Shown here piece by piece: positions 1 through 9,533 of a stretch of DNA of 64,000 nt. The notes under the pieces were generated by a model that worked only from the letters and a program-made list of their open reading frames with translations, had not been told where the DNA came from and searched no databases. The DNA comes from a virus (taxonomy: Duplodnaviria > Heunggongvirae > Uroviricota > Caudoviricetes): positions 81,172-145,171 of the IMG/VR virus record IMGVR_UViG_3300032303_001313, one strand, 5' to 3'. Numbering within the stretch: position 1 is the stretch's first letter; each line of letters begins with the position of its first letter. The position numbers were made by a program, and so were the translations under genes.

Positions 1-1088
1 ATTAAGTTGCCCACATTCTCATAAGAAAATTGCTGCCCAACTTCTAATCCTCTATTGCGATTAATTTTATCTCTGTTTTCGTAATAGAATCTCATAGCAG
101 ACTTTATTTCTTGTTCATCTGGAATAAACCAAGTTTCTCTGCCAGTAAAGATATTTGAGAAAGCGGGATCAGAATGTTCGCAAATTCCACGAACACCGCT
201 AATTAACTTTCCACAATTATCATCTAGAATGAATTGTTTGGGGCCACCCTCGTTGCTACAAATCGGGGTATTTCCAAAACACATTGCATCAAAAGACGGT
301 ATTGACCATCCTTCACCATGAGTTGTATTTACAAAACAATCGCATGACTTATGCAATATATTGATTTGATCTTCCGTCATATCCTCTGTGATAATAAACT
401 CTGAATGATAATCCTGTACATTTGGATATATTCTCATTGTTTGCTTGATAGTATTGCATATGTTGGCAATATGATTATGAAGATTAACTGGGCTAACTCC
501 AAACTTTTTTACTTTTAGAACTAAAGATACTGGTTCGTATCTATCAAACTCGCTATGAAAACATCTTATTACTGCTTCGATATTCTTACGCTCATTTAAG
601 TCTGCAATATAGTAAAACTTGAATGTACTATTCTTATCTTTAAAATCGATACGCTCTTTTATATCTTTACTGAATTTAGATAGGTCACAAGCATATGGAA
701 CATACTTCAAGTTCAAGCCCGTATTGCTAAGATTATCTATTAGTGTCTTGTTTGGTATCCAAACTTCGTCAGCAAGAGATAAGTTTGATAACCAATTATT
801 GTAAGTTAAGGTGTCAGATTCCCCGACATATGAGGCTATATTCTTCTTAAACTTCTTTGTTCCAACAATATGATGTGGCAAAACGTGTTGTATACAATAA
901 TCAACACCACTCAAAGATTTTTGTTCTAATTGTAGTATTCTACTAGGAACTGGATGGTTATTAGGGGTTAGTTTTACATTTCTACATACTACATTAACAC
1001 CGATTTTATCTAGTGATAGTATAGAGTCAATAGCGGCTTTAGACCAACCGCTACCTTCTTTGTAATGTCCAATATAAAGTACCTTCAC
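1..1088 (-). CDS. glycosyltransferase, GT1/GT4 fold (partial; C-terminus runs off window start)
   Basis: Open minus-strand frame from a GTG at 1086-1088 with a GGAGA RBS. Translation carries an EGWSIPSFDAMCFGNTPI motif resembling the GT4 E-x7-E region. Absent from the ORF track because it is partial. Confidence 0.55.
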   Translation of the reverse strand, partial: MKVLYIGHYKEGSGWSKAAIDSILSLDKIGVNVVCRNVKLTPNNHPVPSRILQLEQKSLSGVDYCIQHVLPHHIVGTKKFKKNIASYVGESDTLTYNNWLSNLSLADEVWIPNKTLIDNLSNTGLNLKYVPYACDLSKFSKDIKERIDFKDKNSTFKFYYIADLNERKNIEAVIRCFHSEFDRYEPVSLVLKVKKFGVSPVNLHNHIANICNTIKQTMRIYPNVQDYHSEFIITEDMTEDQINILHKSCDCFVNTTHGEGWSIPSFDAMCFGNTPICSNEGGPKQFILDDNCGKLISGVRGICEHSDPAFSNIFTGRETWFIPDEQEIKSAMRFYYENRDKINRNRGLEVGQQFSYENVGNL

Positions 1089-1116
1089 TTTATGTCTCCG
1101 ATCTTACTAACTTTAT

Positions 1117-1755
1117 CTAAAAAAGGCATATTATTTCCTCACAATTCATGTTGTGTTGTTCTAAATGTTTATACTTTTCGTATATATCGTTATTGACATA
1201 CCAATCTTCTAGTGGGCCATATCCACATAGAACTACATTTCCGAATAGTATTTTGTATCCATAATCTTGTAATTTTGATCTATACTCTTTGTACTCTTTG
1301 AGTATTTTGTCTTTATGTTCTTTCGAATGATTTTGATCGCAACTATCAAAAGATTGAAACAAATTATGCTCTAATGTTAATACTTTGAATTTGTACTTAT
1401 CAAAATTGAAGTCTTTGAAAACTTTAGATTGTGCTGCGTCAACATCTATAGATAAATAATCTATTTCTTCTGGACAGTTGTTAGAATCTAGTATTGAGTT
1501 TATATTTACCAACTGTAGATCGGCTAGAATACATTTTGTTTTTCTGAAACTGCTTACGGAATGTATATAAACTTCATCATAATCTATTGCTAGTCCATTC
1601 CAACCGCGACTTTCAAAAAAATATGTATTGCTATAAAACCCCGGATTATAAAGTGGCAAGCCCCCAGTTCCAGCACCTATATCAACAAAATAACCATTAT
1701 CTATGTTCAATAGTTTATCTACAAAACTATCTTGACACGTTTGCGAATTATACAT
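1117..1755 (-). CDS. SAM-dependent methyltransferase (FkbM-like)
   Basis: DIGAGTGG glycine-rich SAM-binding motif near the N-terminus; sits beside glycosyltransferases. Confidence 0.5.
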   Translation of the reverse strand: MYNSQTCQDSFVDKLLNIDNGYFVDIGAGTGGLPLYNPGFYSNTYFFESRGWNGLAIDYDEVYIHSVSSFRKTKCILADLQLVNINSILDSNNCPEEIDYLSIDVDAAQSKVFKDFNFDKYKFKVLTLEHNLFQSFDSCDQNHSKEHKDKILKEYKEYRSKLQDYGYKILFGNVVLCGYGPLEDWYVNNDIYEKYKHLEQHNMNCEEIICLF

Positions 1756-3446
1756 TACAACCCTCTAGCCTTTAGCATTTCAATTCGTTTATTTTCCCAA
1801 AAATTTCTTCTAGATGCTAAATATACCATTTGATCATATGCTATATTGAAATCGAATGGATTTCTTGTATTCTTTGCGTCAAACATGGCCGAATTCTCAT
1901 TATAGTACATACCGCCCGTTACAGATGTTGTATTTCTATATGTTAAGTCTCTAATCATGCGTGATTCAAAATATGTATTAATTCTTTCTGGTTCGCCCAA
2001 AACTTCTGATATTAACCATCTAGATAAGTCTTGATAAGTAGTCCCGTCTGGAATAGATTCCGGCTTTGGTTTTGGTTTAATGACTCTAGGAGGATGTTTC
2101 CAATTATCAAAAGTTTCAGAAATTTCCACACTATCAAAGTATTTTTCCCAAGCCTGCCCGCTCTTATCCCATTGATAATGTTCTAGGAACGCTTGCCTTG
2201 TTAAGAAGCCCGCCCTTCTTCTTATACTAACGGGCTTCTCAAAAAACTCTTTGAACGCTTTGGCAGCAAAAACATTGTCTGGAACTGCCCTAAAACATCC
2301 TGTTTCTAATTCTTTGTAAAGAGCCTTGGGTGTTAGTGGAGTTCCTCCTAAATTTCTAACAACGCTTTCCATAGCAGAATAATCTGTAGCCATAATTGGA
2401 ATTCCACAAGCAGCCGCCTCAACTTGAGGTAAACCAAATCCTTCACAGTTAGCATACTGAACATATAAATCAAATAGATTGATTATCTTAGACAAATCTT
2501 CGTATCCAACACCATTCTTTACATTAGATAGTGTTGCACCAAATTGTCCAGTATATGGAGATTGTGCAATCGCCCCCTTAAATAAAGAAGCAAAAGGTCT
2601 TTCTGTTTGACCACAAATATATGTAAAGTAAACTTTAGAAGATAGATTGTATTGCTGTAATAATTCTGGAATGTCCCAACCCAAGTCTGGATAACTAGTA
2701 TGACAGTATAAATAATAATCAGAGTTATTCTCTACACTATCTAGAAGTAATCTAAATGCTTCAAATAGGTCTGGATATAGTTTACGTCTTTGATTACGCA
2801 TAACTGTTCCGATAATCTTAGCATTCGGGTCTATTCCAAAAGAGGCCCGCAATCCATCTTTATCTTCAATTGGTTGATATGCTGAATGAGCAGAGGGTGG
2901 CGAAATACCAATATAGTTGATTTTGTTACCAGACTGCTGCTTTAAAACTTCTCCAGCCCACTCGGAATATGTCAGGCAGGCGTCGGCCGATTGATACGTC
3001 GCAATCCATTGTCTTGCTTGGGGTCTGGCGTCCACCGTAGGCATTATACACCACTTGAAGTATGGGCGAAATGGCGACCTTTCTGCAAAGTCTAACATCC
3101 AGAAATCTCGTATATCACACACTATATCTGGCATAAAGTCCAAACATACTGTCTCAAATATGAGTTCTCCAAACTGAGATATTGGATTCTGATTATATTG
3201 TTCTTTCTCTTCTTGAGAACAAGTATTGTCTGGTACTACTCCGTAGAATTTCCAAGGTATTCCAGCGGCCCGTGGATCGTTTCTTTCTCCATATGAAGCC
3301 ATTTCTGCTATTTCATATTTACCAGTACTATACAAATAGTTTAGTATTTCTCTAGTATAGGTTGCATAGCCAGTATTTAGAAACGTGGCTTCGCTACAAA
3401 ACAATATTCTTGGTTTTCTCATGAGTCCTTGTAATCCTTGTGACAA
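1755..3446 (-). CDS. glycosyltransferase family 1 domain protein
   Basis: C-terminal EGFGLPQVEAAACGIPIMATDYSAM motif typical of GT1/GT4 enzymes; 563 aa. Confidence 0.6.
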   Translation of the reverse strand: MSQGLQGLMRKPRILFCSEATFLNTGYATYTREILNYLYSTGKYEIAEMASYGERNDPRAAGIPWKFYGVVPDNTCSQEEKEQYNQNPISQFGELIFETVCLDFMPDIVCDIRDFWMLDFAERSPFRPYFKWCIMPTVDARPQARQWIATYQSADACLTYSEWAGEVLKQQSGNKINYIGISPPSAHSAYQPIEDKDGLRASFGIDPNAKIIGTVMRNQRRKLYPDLFEAFRLLLDSVENNSDYYLYCHTSYPDLGWDIPELLQQYNLSSKVYFTYICGQTERPFASLFKGAIAQSPYTGQFGATLSNVKNGVGYEDLSKIINLFDLYVQYANCEGFGLPQVEAAACGIPIMATDYSAMESVVRNLGGTPLTPKALYKELETGCFRAVPDNVFAAKAFKEFFEKPVSIRRRAGFLTRQAFLEHYQWDKSGQAWEKYFDSVEISETFDNWKHPPRVIKPKPKPESIPDGTTYQDLSRWLISEVLGEPERINTYFESRMIRDLTYRNTTSVTGGMYYNENSAMFDAKNTRNPFDFNIAYDQMVYLASRRNFWENKRIEMLKARGL

Positions 3447-3745
3447 AAATCAAACTCGTTAATTCTAAAAATGATATCGTCGCTATCTGGATTTGAGTTT
3501 TTAGCAGAAGCGTTAATTACTAACTTTGTACCTTTAGTAGCATATTTCTCTAAAGTTTCTGCACCAGTATGCCACGCCTCGCAATGGATATAGGTAGGAA
3601 TTCTACTCTTTTCTCCACTTTTAGTTCTACGGTAACTATATGTTACCATAACAAATTCGGCTAGAACAACATCGTCAACTATTGAAACTCTTGGATTCTC
3701 TGTTAAGTATCCAGTAATAGAGCATGAATTCATCTTATCTCCCAT
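3419..3745 (-). CDS. SSB-like OB-fold protein (second SSB paralogue)
   Basis: The ITGYLTENPRV...AEFVMVTY...YIHCEAWHTGAETLEKYATKGTKLVI pattern resembles the bacterial SSB OB-fold. Confidence 0.4.
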   Translation of the reverse strand: MGDKMNSCSITGYLTENPRVSIVDDVVLAEFVMVTYSYRRTKSGEKSRIPTYIHCEAWHTGAETLEKYATKGTKLVINASAKNSNPDSDDIIFRINEFDFCHKDYKDS

Positions 3746-3782
3746 CTTAGTATATTAGCAGTAACTTTGACAAAAAACAACC

Positions 3783-5384
3783 TTAAACCTCATGGATATT
3801 GTCAACTATAAATGAGGAATCATTTCCATCCACTTTGCCACAAAACATTAAATTATTGCCCTCATATAAGATGTATTTGAATTGTTCTCTAACTTTTGGG
3901 AAAATGAGAACGCTATCTAACATACAGGTTTCATCCTCTATAGTTAAAAAGCACATTATTTTACCCTTAGATTCCCCCTTCGCTATAGTGTGTTCTGTTA
4001 CTCTTTGAATATTAGCAACAATGCATATGTTTTGCCCCTTCCTACCATTCACAATTTCTTTACAGGTTGTATTAGATGCAGAAGTATCTGTAGTCTCTAC
4101 TTTTGTCATACTAACTGGACAACCTAAGAATTTAACTTCTTGATCTATAACCCAACTAGGATCATCTTCTAAACTATAGGGCGGATTGATAAGTAGACTA
4201 ATTTCATTTATGACTACTTGTTTACGATCTGCTTTAAAAGTTCCTCCACCCTCTTTTTTGGTTGGGGCCAAATCCTTGAGACAGTCTACAAAGTTACCCC
4301 ATTTTTTAGTTGGATAATTGTTGACCACCCAAGTTTGTTCTGCCTTTGTTAAAGCCCTGTATATTTCGTACTCGTATAGAGCCTTGTTTCTACTCACAGC
4401 ACCCTTAAATCCCCTAAAGAATCCTATTGATGCTAGAGTTTTAAACGCAGTTGAACTAATACGCGATCCAAGGTAAATCAGAATCTCTACCCAAGTAAAC
4501 TTATCAATAGATTTCCCAACTTCTTTTTCGCATTCTGCTACTGCTTCTATTAACTTATCGCCGCTAGTGCCGGTTAGTGACTTTATATCTTTGATCCCAA
4601 AGTAAATCTTACCATTACGAATATTGAACTTTGTTTTGAAGTTGGTTATATTTGGAGTTTTAGTCTCAATATCAAATAGTTTGGCCTCAGATATTAATTC
4701 GTGAACTTCTTGGTGTGGGTCTGGCTTTTCATTCGCATAGTATAGGTAAGACAAAAAGAACTCTTGTGGATAATGGGCCTTGTAATATGCGCTCCAGTAT
4801 GAACACACGGCATATGAAACACTGTGAGACTTATTAAAGGCGTATCTTGATGATTTTTCAATCCATCCGAAAATCTCTTCTGCTTCTTCTTTTGTTACAA
4901 TACCAACACGTTCAGCACCAGCGATGAAAGACTTTTTAACCTCATTCATAAGGTCTGCTCTTTTCTTACCAATCGCTTTTCTAAGAACGTCTGCTTCTTG
5001 TAGATTGAATCCTGCCACCTTTTCAGCAATACGCATAGATTGCTCTTGATAAACAAGAACACCATAAGTTGGCTTGAGAATATCTTCTAGAATAGGATGT
5101 AAATATGTAACATCTTCACGCCCATGCTTTCTATCTACATAATGCTGTGTCATGCTTTTTCCATCAACAAAAGCCTTCAATGTTCCGGGTCTGATGATGG
5201 CAATAAGTGCAGATAATTCTTCTATGTTGTTTGGTGCTACTTTTTTAGACCAATTTTTACCTAGATTACTCTCTAATTGGAAGACTCCCTTAGTTCTTCC
5301 ATCAGCAAATAATTGCCAAGTTTTAGCATCATCATACTTAATATCACTTAACATACAAATTCCCGTCAGCAAACGCTTTGTCAA
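3783..5384 (-). CDS. dnaE: DNA polymerase III alpha subunit, C-terminal portion (fingers, beta-binding, OB)
   Basis: VFQLES, RPG, HGRE..YLHP..LE.TYG..VYQEQ, GKK and NKSHS..YA motifs are collinear with E. coli DnaE residues about 780-1100. Confidence 0.8.
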   Translation of the reverse strand: MTKRLLTGICMLSDIKYDDAKTWQLFADGRTKGVFQLESNLGKNWSKKVAPNNIEELSALIAIIRPGTLKAFVDGKSMTQHYVDRKHGREDVTYLHPILEDILKPTYGVLVYQEQSMRIAEKVAGFNLQEADVLRKAIGKKRADLMNEVKKSFIAGAERVGIVTKEEAEEIFGWIEKSSRYAFNKSHSVSYAVCSYWSAYYKAHYPQEFFLSYLYYANEKPDPHQEVHELISEAKLFDIETKTPNITNFKTKFNIRNGKIYFGIKDIKSLTGTSGDKLIEAVAECEKEVGKSIDKFTWVEILIYLGSRISSTAFKTLASIGFFRGFKGAVSRNKALYEYEIYRALTKAEQTWVVNNYPTKKWGNFVDCLKDLAPTKKEGGGTFKADRKQVVINEISLLINPPYSLEDDPSWVIDQEVKFLGCPVSMTKVETTDTSASNTTCKEIVNGRKGQNICIVANIQRVTEHTIAKGESKGKIMCFLTIEDETCMLDSVLIFPKVREQFKYILYEGNNLMFCGKVDGNDSSFIVDNIHEV

Positions 5385-6024
5385 AATTCATGTTTTGGTA
5401 TACTGCTCTATGAGTCTTCATTAGTTTAATAAATATGTTGGCTTCATCTTTTACGTCCTGTAAGGCATCGTGAGCATTTTCTAGTGAAAGTCCCATTCGT
5501 TCACGCAAAGAATCCATGCTAATAGACTTAACACCGGGATCGCTCTCTGTCCAAGCAAATATATTATCCATAATATCGAACTTGTATATCTTACTAAATA
5601 GTTTCTGATGATCACGTTCATTATCCCAAGGCCCGTACTCTTTACATAAACGATTGATGATAATTAAGTCGAAACCAATAATGTTAAATCCAACAGGAAT
5701 TGGGTTAAAAAATGGCTCGCCCTTCCAATTATAAGCAAGAACAAATTTGGCAAACTTTGACCATACAGATTCTAAAGAAGGGGCTTTTATAAGTTGCTCT
5801 CTAGTCTTTTGAGTTACTTTTAAAGCACCGTCTTCTACTGGATCAAATCCAGCAGCAATAGCCTTTTCGTCATCAAGTATTGGTTTAATTTCACTATTGA
5901 ATTGACCTTTAACTTTTAAGGTTCTACCATCAATTGCCAAAGCGGCCAATTGTGTTGGTTGAGTTTTATGAGGATTTCTACTTCCGCTCTCAAAATCGAA
6001 CACAATAAAATCTCTGTTAGCCAT
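5344..6024 (-). CDS. DnaQ-like DEDDh 3'-5' proofreading exonuclease
   Basis: Exo I FDFES, Exo II IGFD and Exo III H..DALQD motifs. The start ATG overlaps the stop of upstream dnaE-N (AATGGCTAA). Confidence 0.75.
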   Translation of the reverse strand: MANRDFIVFDFESGSRNPHKTQPTQLAALAIDGRTLKVKGQFNSEIKPILDDEKAIAAGFDPVEDGALKVTQKTREQLIKAPSLESVWSKFAKFVLAYNWKGEPFFNPIPVGFNIIGFDLIIINRLCKEYGPWDNERDHQKLFSKIYKFDIMDNIFAWTESDPGVKSISMDSLRERMGLSLENAHDALQDVKDEANIFIKLMKTHRAVYQNMNFDKAFADGNLYVK

Positions 6025-7684
6025 TTGTTGCTCCTGTTAATTCTTCTATGTACATCAATTTATCAAGTAAATTAATCGCTAAAATATCTAACTTTGGACG
6101 CCCTAATGCTTCTAATGCTGACATTTCTAGTCCTACAATCTTTTCATCTGTTCCATCTTGGCATACCATTGGGCATACCTCTTCTAAAGGTTCAGCAGAA
6201 ATAACAACTCCCGCCGGATGCTTTCCCTTAGATTTGTATGTTCCTTCAATCTTTATTGCTTGATCAAAGAACTCTGCATAATCGCCCTCAAGTTTGCCAT
6301 CTTCTGATATTCTACAAAAGTCCTTAAGTTCTTCTGAGTTGTTGATTAATGCCCACTTTATGATAGAACGATCTTCTTTATACATTTCTTCTAACTGGTC
6401 AGAGATTCTAGCCTCGTCTGGAATACAGTTACTAATAGCGTTCATTTCTGCAAAAGAACAGGCTTCATTAACACGCAATACTTCTTTGATAGCACTCTTA
6501 CCCTGTAAACTACCTAATGTGATCATTTGGCTTACATGGTTATGACCATACTTTTCTTTTAGGTAAGCAATAACCTCGTCACGCTTATTACCGGGAACAT
6601 CTATATCAATATCTGGTAGAGAAACATAATCGGCAGTATTTCTACCAGCATTATAGAATCTGGCAAATAGTAAGTCGAATTCAATAGGGTCGATTTTGGT
6701 GATACCAATTAGATAAGAAATCAAACAACCAGCAGCCGATCCTCTTCCCGGCCCAGTTAACCAGTCGCGACTATTAACGTAATGTATGATATCTTGCACA
6801 ACCAAAAAATACCCGAATAGAGTAGCATTCTTGATTACTTCAAACTCTTCTTTAAATCTATCTAAATATCTTGTTTTTACTGTTTCATCTTTGACCTTAC
6901 TTTGATCCACAAGTAATTTCTTCCAACCTTTTCTGCATAGTTCTTTTAAGTATTCTTCTTCTGATAAGTTGTTTGGGCATGGGAATTTTGGAAGAATTGG
7001 CTTGCTAAGAATGTTGTAATCTTCGCACTGATTACGAATTTGGTCTAATACTTTAGTATCTTTAGACTTAGACTCTTCTTTATCAAGAACGTAAAAAGTG
7101 TCATGAATAAAGAAGTCAACTTTGTCTACTAGTTTGTTTTCGGAAATAGACTTCCTAATTTGGGGAAGTGTTGTTTTCATTTCAGAGCAAAGTAGTATTC
7201 TATGTAGTTTAGCGTCTTGCTGATCTACATAATAACTAGGATCGCAATTTGTAAAGTCTTTTCCGCTTAAAACGTAGAAGTTATTGTTCTTCGATATTGT
7301 TGCTAAGTCTTGCTGCAATTGTCCATTTTTATCTAATGATGATACTAACTTGATTAAGTCAAACCATCCATTTTTGTTCTTTACAAATACTGCAAAATCA
7401 TCAAAAGAGCAACCAATTATGGGCTTAATTCCGCCCTCTTTGCAGGCTTGAAAGAATTCAACTGTTCCAGCAATAGTCTTATAGTCGCATATTCCGCAAG
7501 TATCGTAGCCATTTTCTTTGCACTTCTTTACTAAATGCTCTGGTTTAGAGTAAGCATTGCGTAAACTGTAGTGAGTATAATTCCTAAGAGGAAACCAAGA
7601 CATATTCTTCCTTTGTAAAAACTTTAACGTAACACAACTTGTTATACCGCCTTGGGGCCATAAGTTAATATGACCCCCATTCAA
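6017..7684 (-). CDS. dnaE: DNA polymerase III alpha subunit, N-terminal portion (PHP domain and palm)
   Basis: PHP motif HYSLRNA..; palm GPGRGSAAGCLISYLIGIT..DP..FDLLFARF..PDIDIDV; HPAGVVIS; ends at the KLDILAINLL (FDFLGLRTL-equivalent) fingers segment. Confidence 0.8.
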   Translation of the reverse strand: MNGGHINLWPQGGITSCVTLKFLQRKNMSWFPLRNYTHYSLRNAYSKPEHLVKKCKENGYDTCGICDYKTIAGTVEFFQACKEGGIKPIIGCSFDDFAVFVKNKNGWFDLIKLVSSLDKNGQLQQDLATISKNNNFYVLSGKDFTNCDPSYYVDQQDAKLHRILLCSEMKTTLPQIRKSISENKLVDKVDFFIHDTFYVLDKEESKSKDTKVLDQIRNQCEDYNILSKPILPKFPCPNNLSEEEYLKELCRKGWKKLLVDQSKVKDETVKTRYLDRFKEEFEVIKNATLFGYFLVVQDIIHYVNSRDWLTGPGRGSAAGCLISYLIGITKIDPIEFDLLFARFYNAGRNTADYVSLPDIDIDVPGNKRDEVIAYLKEKYGHNHVSQMITLGSLQGKSAIKEVLRVNEACSFAEMNAISNCIPDEARISDQLEEMYKEDRSIIKWALINNSEELKDFCRISEDGKLEGDYAEFFDQAIKIEGTYKSKGKHPAGVVISAEPLEEVCPMVCQDGTDEKIVGLEMSALEALGRPKLDILAINLLDKLMYIEELTGATNG

Positions 7685-7717
7685 AATTATTAAACCTGTA
7701 TATTCACATATTATTTA

Positions 7718-8701
7718 TTACCAACTCTTACAAGCCCAGTATCTTGCTTTGTATTTAGGGCCGGGATTGTCACATCTCATTCTTGCTCTAAAACTTTTAC
7801 GTCTAGCAGGAATGTCTTTTTTAATTTCCATATTTGGATCGCCAAAGTTTACTTTAACGACATTTCCTTTATCGTTCTTAACATATACGCTAAACTTCTT
7901 TGGGCCGTCTGGAGTTCTAAAAGGTTTATTTAATGTAACTTTTCTACCTTGGTATTCACTACCTTCTCCCATGTACATTAAAACCCTTCCATCTTTTTCG
8001 TAATAACCTTTGCGTCTATAAGTATAGACTTCACCAGTATGAGTATCTTGATATTGGTATTTACCTTCTGTTTCTAATAAGTCATCATCTTCATACTTGT
8101 CTGGACTGTAATATTTGACAAAATCATATATATTTTGTACATATATTTCTGCTTTAGAAATCATATCCTTAGTCCAATCTTCAAATTCTATCGGAGTATC
8201 AACCATTCCATCAATCTTTGATGCTATTTCAACAAGTTGATCACGCATTTTTTGAATTTGCTCAATAGCCATTGTGCTATCGCCAGACTGAGCCTTTTTC
8301 CAAGCCTCCGGGTCTGGACGATCCTTATCGCCTCTTTTTGCTGGTTTATAATTCTTACCCTCTCGTTCTTTTTTCTTTCTTATATTTTCCCAAAGTCCCG
8401 GCTTTTCTCCAGCAATATCCCACTCTTCTGTTTCTTCGCCAAAATCTTCATACTCTGCTTCGGCAGGAATGTGGAAATTATTTTCATCAATTTCTTCTTC
8501 ATATCCAACCTCCATTTGCATATAAAAGTCTGCGGATTCTACATAACCACAACCTTCTGTGGCTTGGCTCATGCAAATTGCAACTCTTTGAGAATTATCT
8601 GGATATTCTTTTTTCATAACATCGCTACTCATGCATCGTTCTACGAATTTATTTTTATCTTCATCTTTGTTTCTTTTAGGAAGTGGCATAGTTATCTCCA
8701 A
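7718..8701 (-). CDS. hypothetical acidic protein with basic Cys-containing C-terminus
   Basis: Long ORF, strongly acidic, C-terminus ...RARMRCDNPGPKYKARYWACKSW; no recognisable fold. Confidence 0.35.
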   Translation of the reverse strand: MEITMPLPKRNKDEDKNKFVERCMSSDVMKKEYPDNSQRVAICMSQATEGCGYVESADFYMQMEVGYEEEIDENNFHIPAEAEYEDFGEETEEWDIAGEKPGLWENIRKKKEREGKNYKPAKRGDKDRPDPEAWKKAQSGDSTMAIEQIQKMRDQLVEIASKIDGMVDTPIEFEDWTKDMISKAEIYVQNIYDFVKYYSPDKYEDDDLLETEGKYQYQDTHTGEVYTYRRKGYYEKDGRVLMYMGEGSEYQGRKVTLNKPFRTPDGPKKFSVYVKNDKGNVVKVNFGDPNMEIKKDIPARRKSFRARMRCDNPGPKYKARYWACKSW

Positions 8702-9530
8702 GTATTAGTTTTTTAGTGTCGTTAAAAATCTTTTCTAATCTTTCTCTAGGTATTCTATTTCGGAAGTAGTTGTAAATACTGTATATCATGATATCGTCAG
8801 GATTTTTAGTAATTTCCAACCAGCCAACGAAATAGTTCCATATTCTATCTTCTAATATGAGTGGATATTTCACACCGTCAGGTCTACCAAATCTATGATT
8901 CCACCTTAGACTAGGAAGGCAGATGTTTTTACCACCGTTACGTCTGAATTTCTCTGCAATATATCCTTCTTCTCCACCAAACCCCTTGAAATGTTCGTTT
9001 ACACCAACCCAATTTTCTTTTTCAAATGCTAATAGACCCATTCCCTGCATAGGAATTTCGAACGGGGTTTCTATATTATCTGTAGCCCAAATACCGAACA
9101 TATCTCCACTCCACTTTGGTGTGAAATGGGTAGATATTGATTTAAGATTGTCGTGTAGTAGCGGCCCTTGCACCAAATCCTTGCAGTTTGGGTGATCTTC
9201 AAAATACTTTAATAGACTACTAATTCCGCCCTTGTCTATTAAAACGTGGCAGTCTATGATTAATACATACTTACCAGTTGCATAATCAACTATTTTGTAT
9301 TTATTGAATGATGAATTTGTTCTATAAGGTATATACTTACCACCGCCAACATGACCTTCTAAAAAATTCCTACAGGCTAATGCGTGAGTTCCTGTTGGAT
9401 TATTATCAAGGACTATGAATTCTACATCGTCTAGATTAAGATCATGATACATTCTTAGTGATTGTATGGAGAAAAATACCCCATCATAATCATCATAAGT
9501 TGCCATTCCAATTGTAAGTAATTTACTCAT
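8676..9530 (-). CDS. glycosyltransferase family 2-like
   Basis: N-terminal TIGMATYDDYD...EFIVLDNNP resembles the GT2 DXD and Rossmann signature. Confidence 0.4.
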   Translation of the reverse strand: MSKLLTIGMATYDDYDGVFFSIQSLRMYHDLNLDDVEFIVLDNNPTGTHALACRNFLEGHVGGGKYIPYRTNSSFNKYKIVDYATGKYVLIIDCHVLIDKGGISSLLKYFEDHPNCKDLVQGPLLHDNLKSISTHFTPKWSGDMFGIWATDNIETPFEIPMQGMGLLAFEKENWVGVNEHFKGFGGEEGYIAEKFRRNGGKNICLPSLRWNHRFGRPDGVKYPLILEDRIWNYFVGWLEITKNPDDIMIYSIYNYFRNRIPRERLEKIFNDTKKLILGDNYATS

Positions 9531-9533
9531 ATA

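Noticed and set aside
619-804. Plus-strand 61-aa ORF and the many other plus-strand ORFs in the track (e.g. 3799..4008, 8237..8716, 13050..13460, 15158..15616, 36811..37257, 38646..39371)
   Set aside because: All are embedded antisense within long, motif-supported minus-strand genes. They have low-complexity translations and no RBS context.
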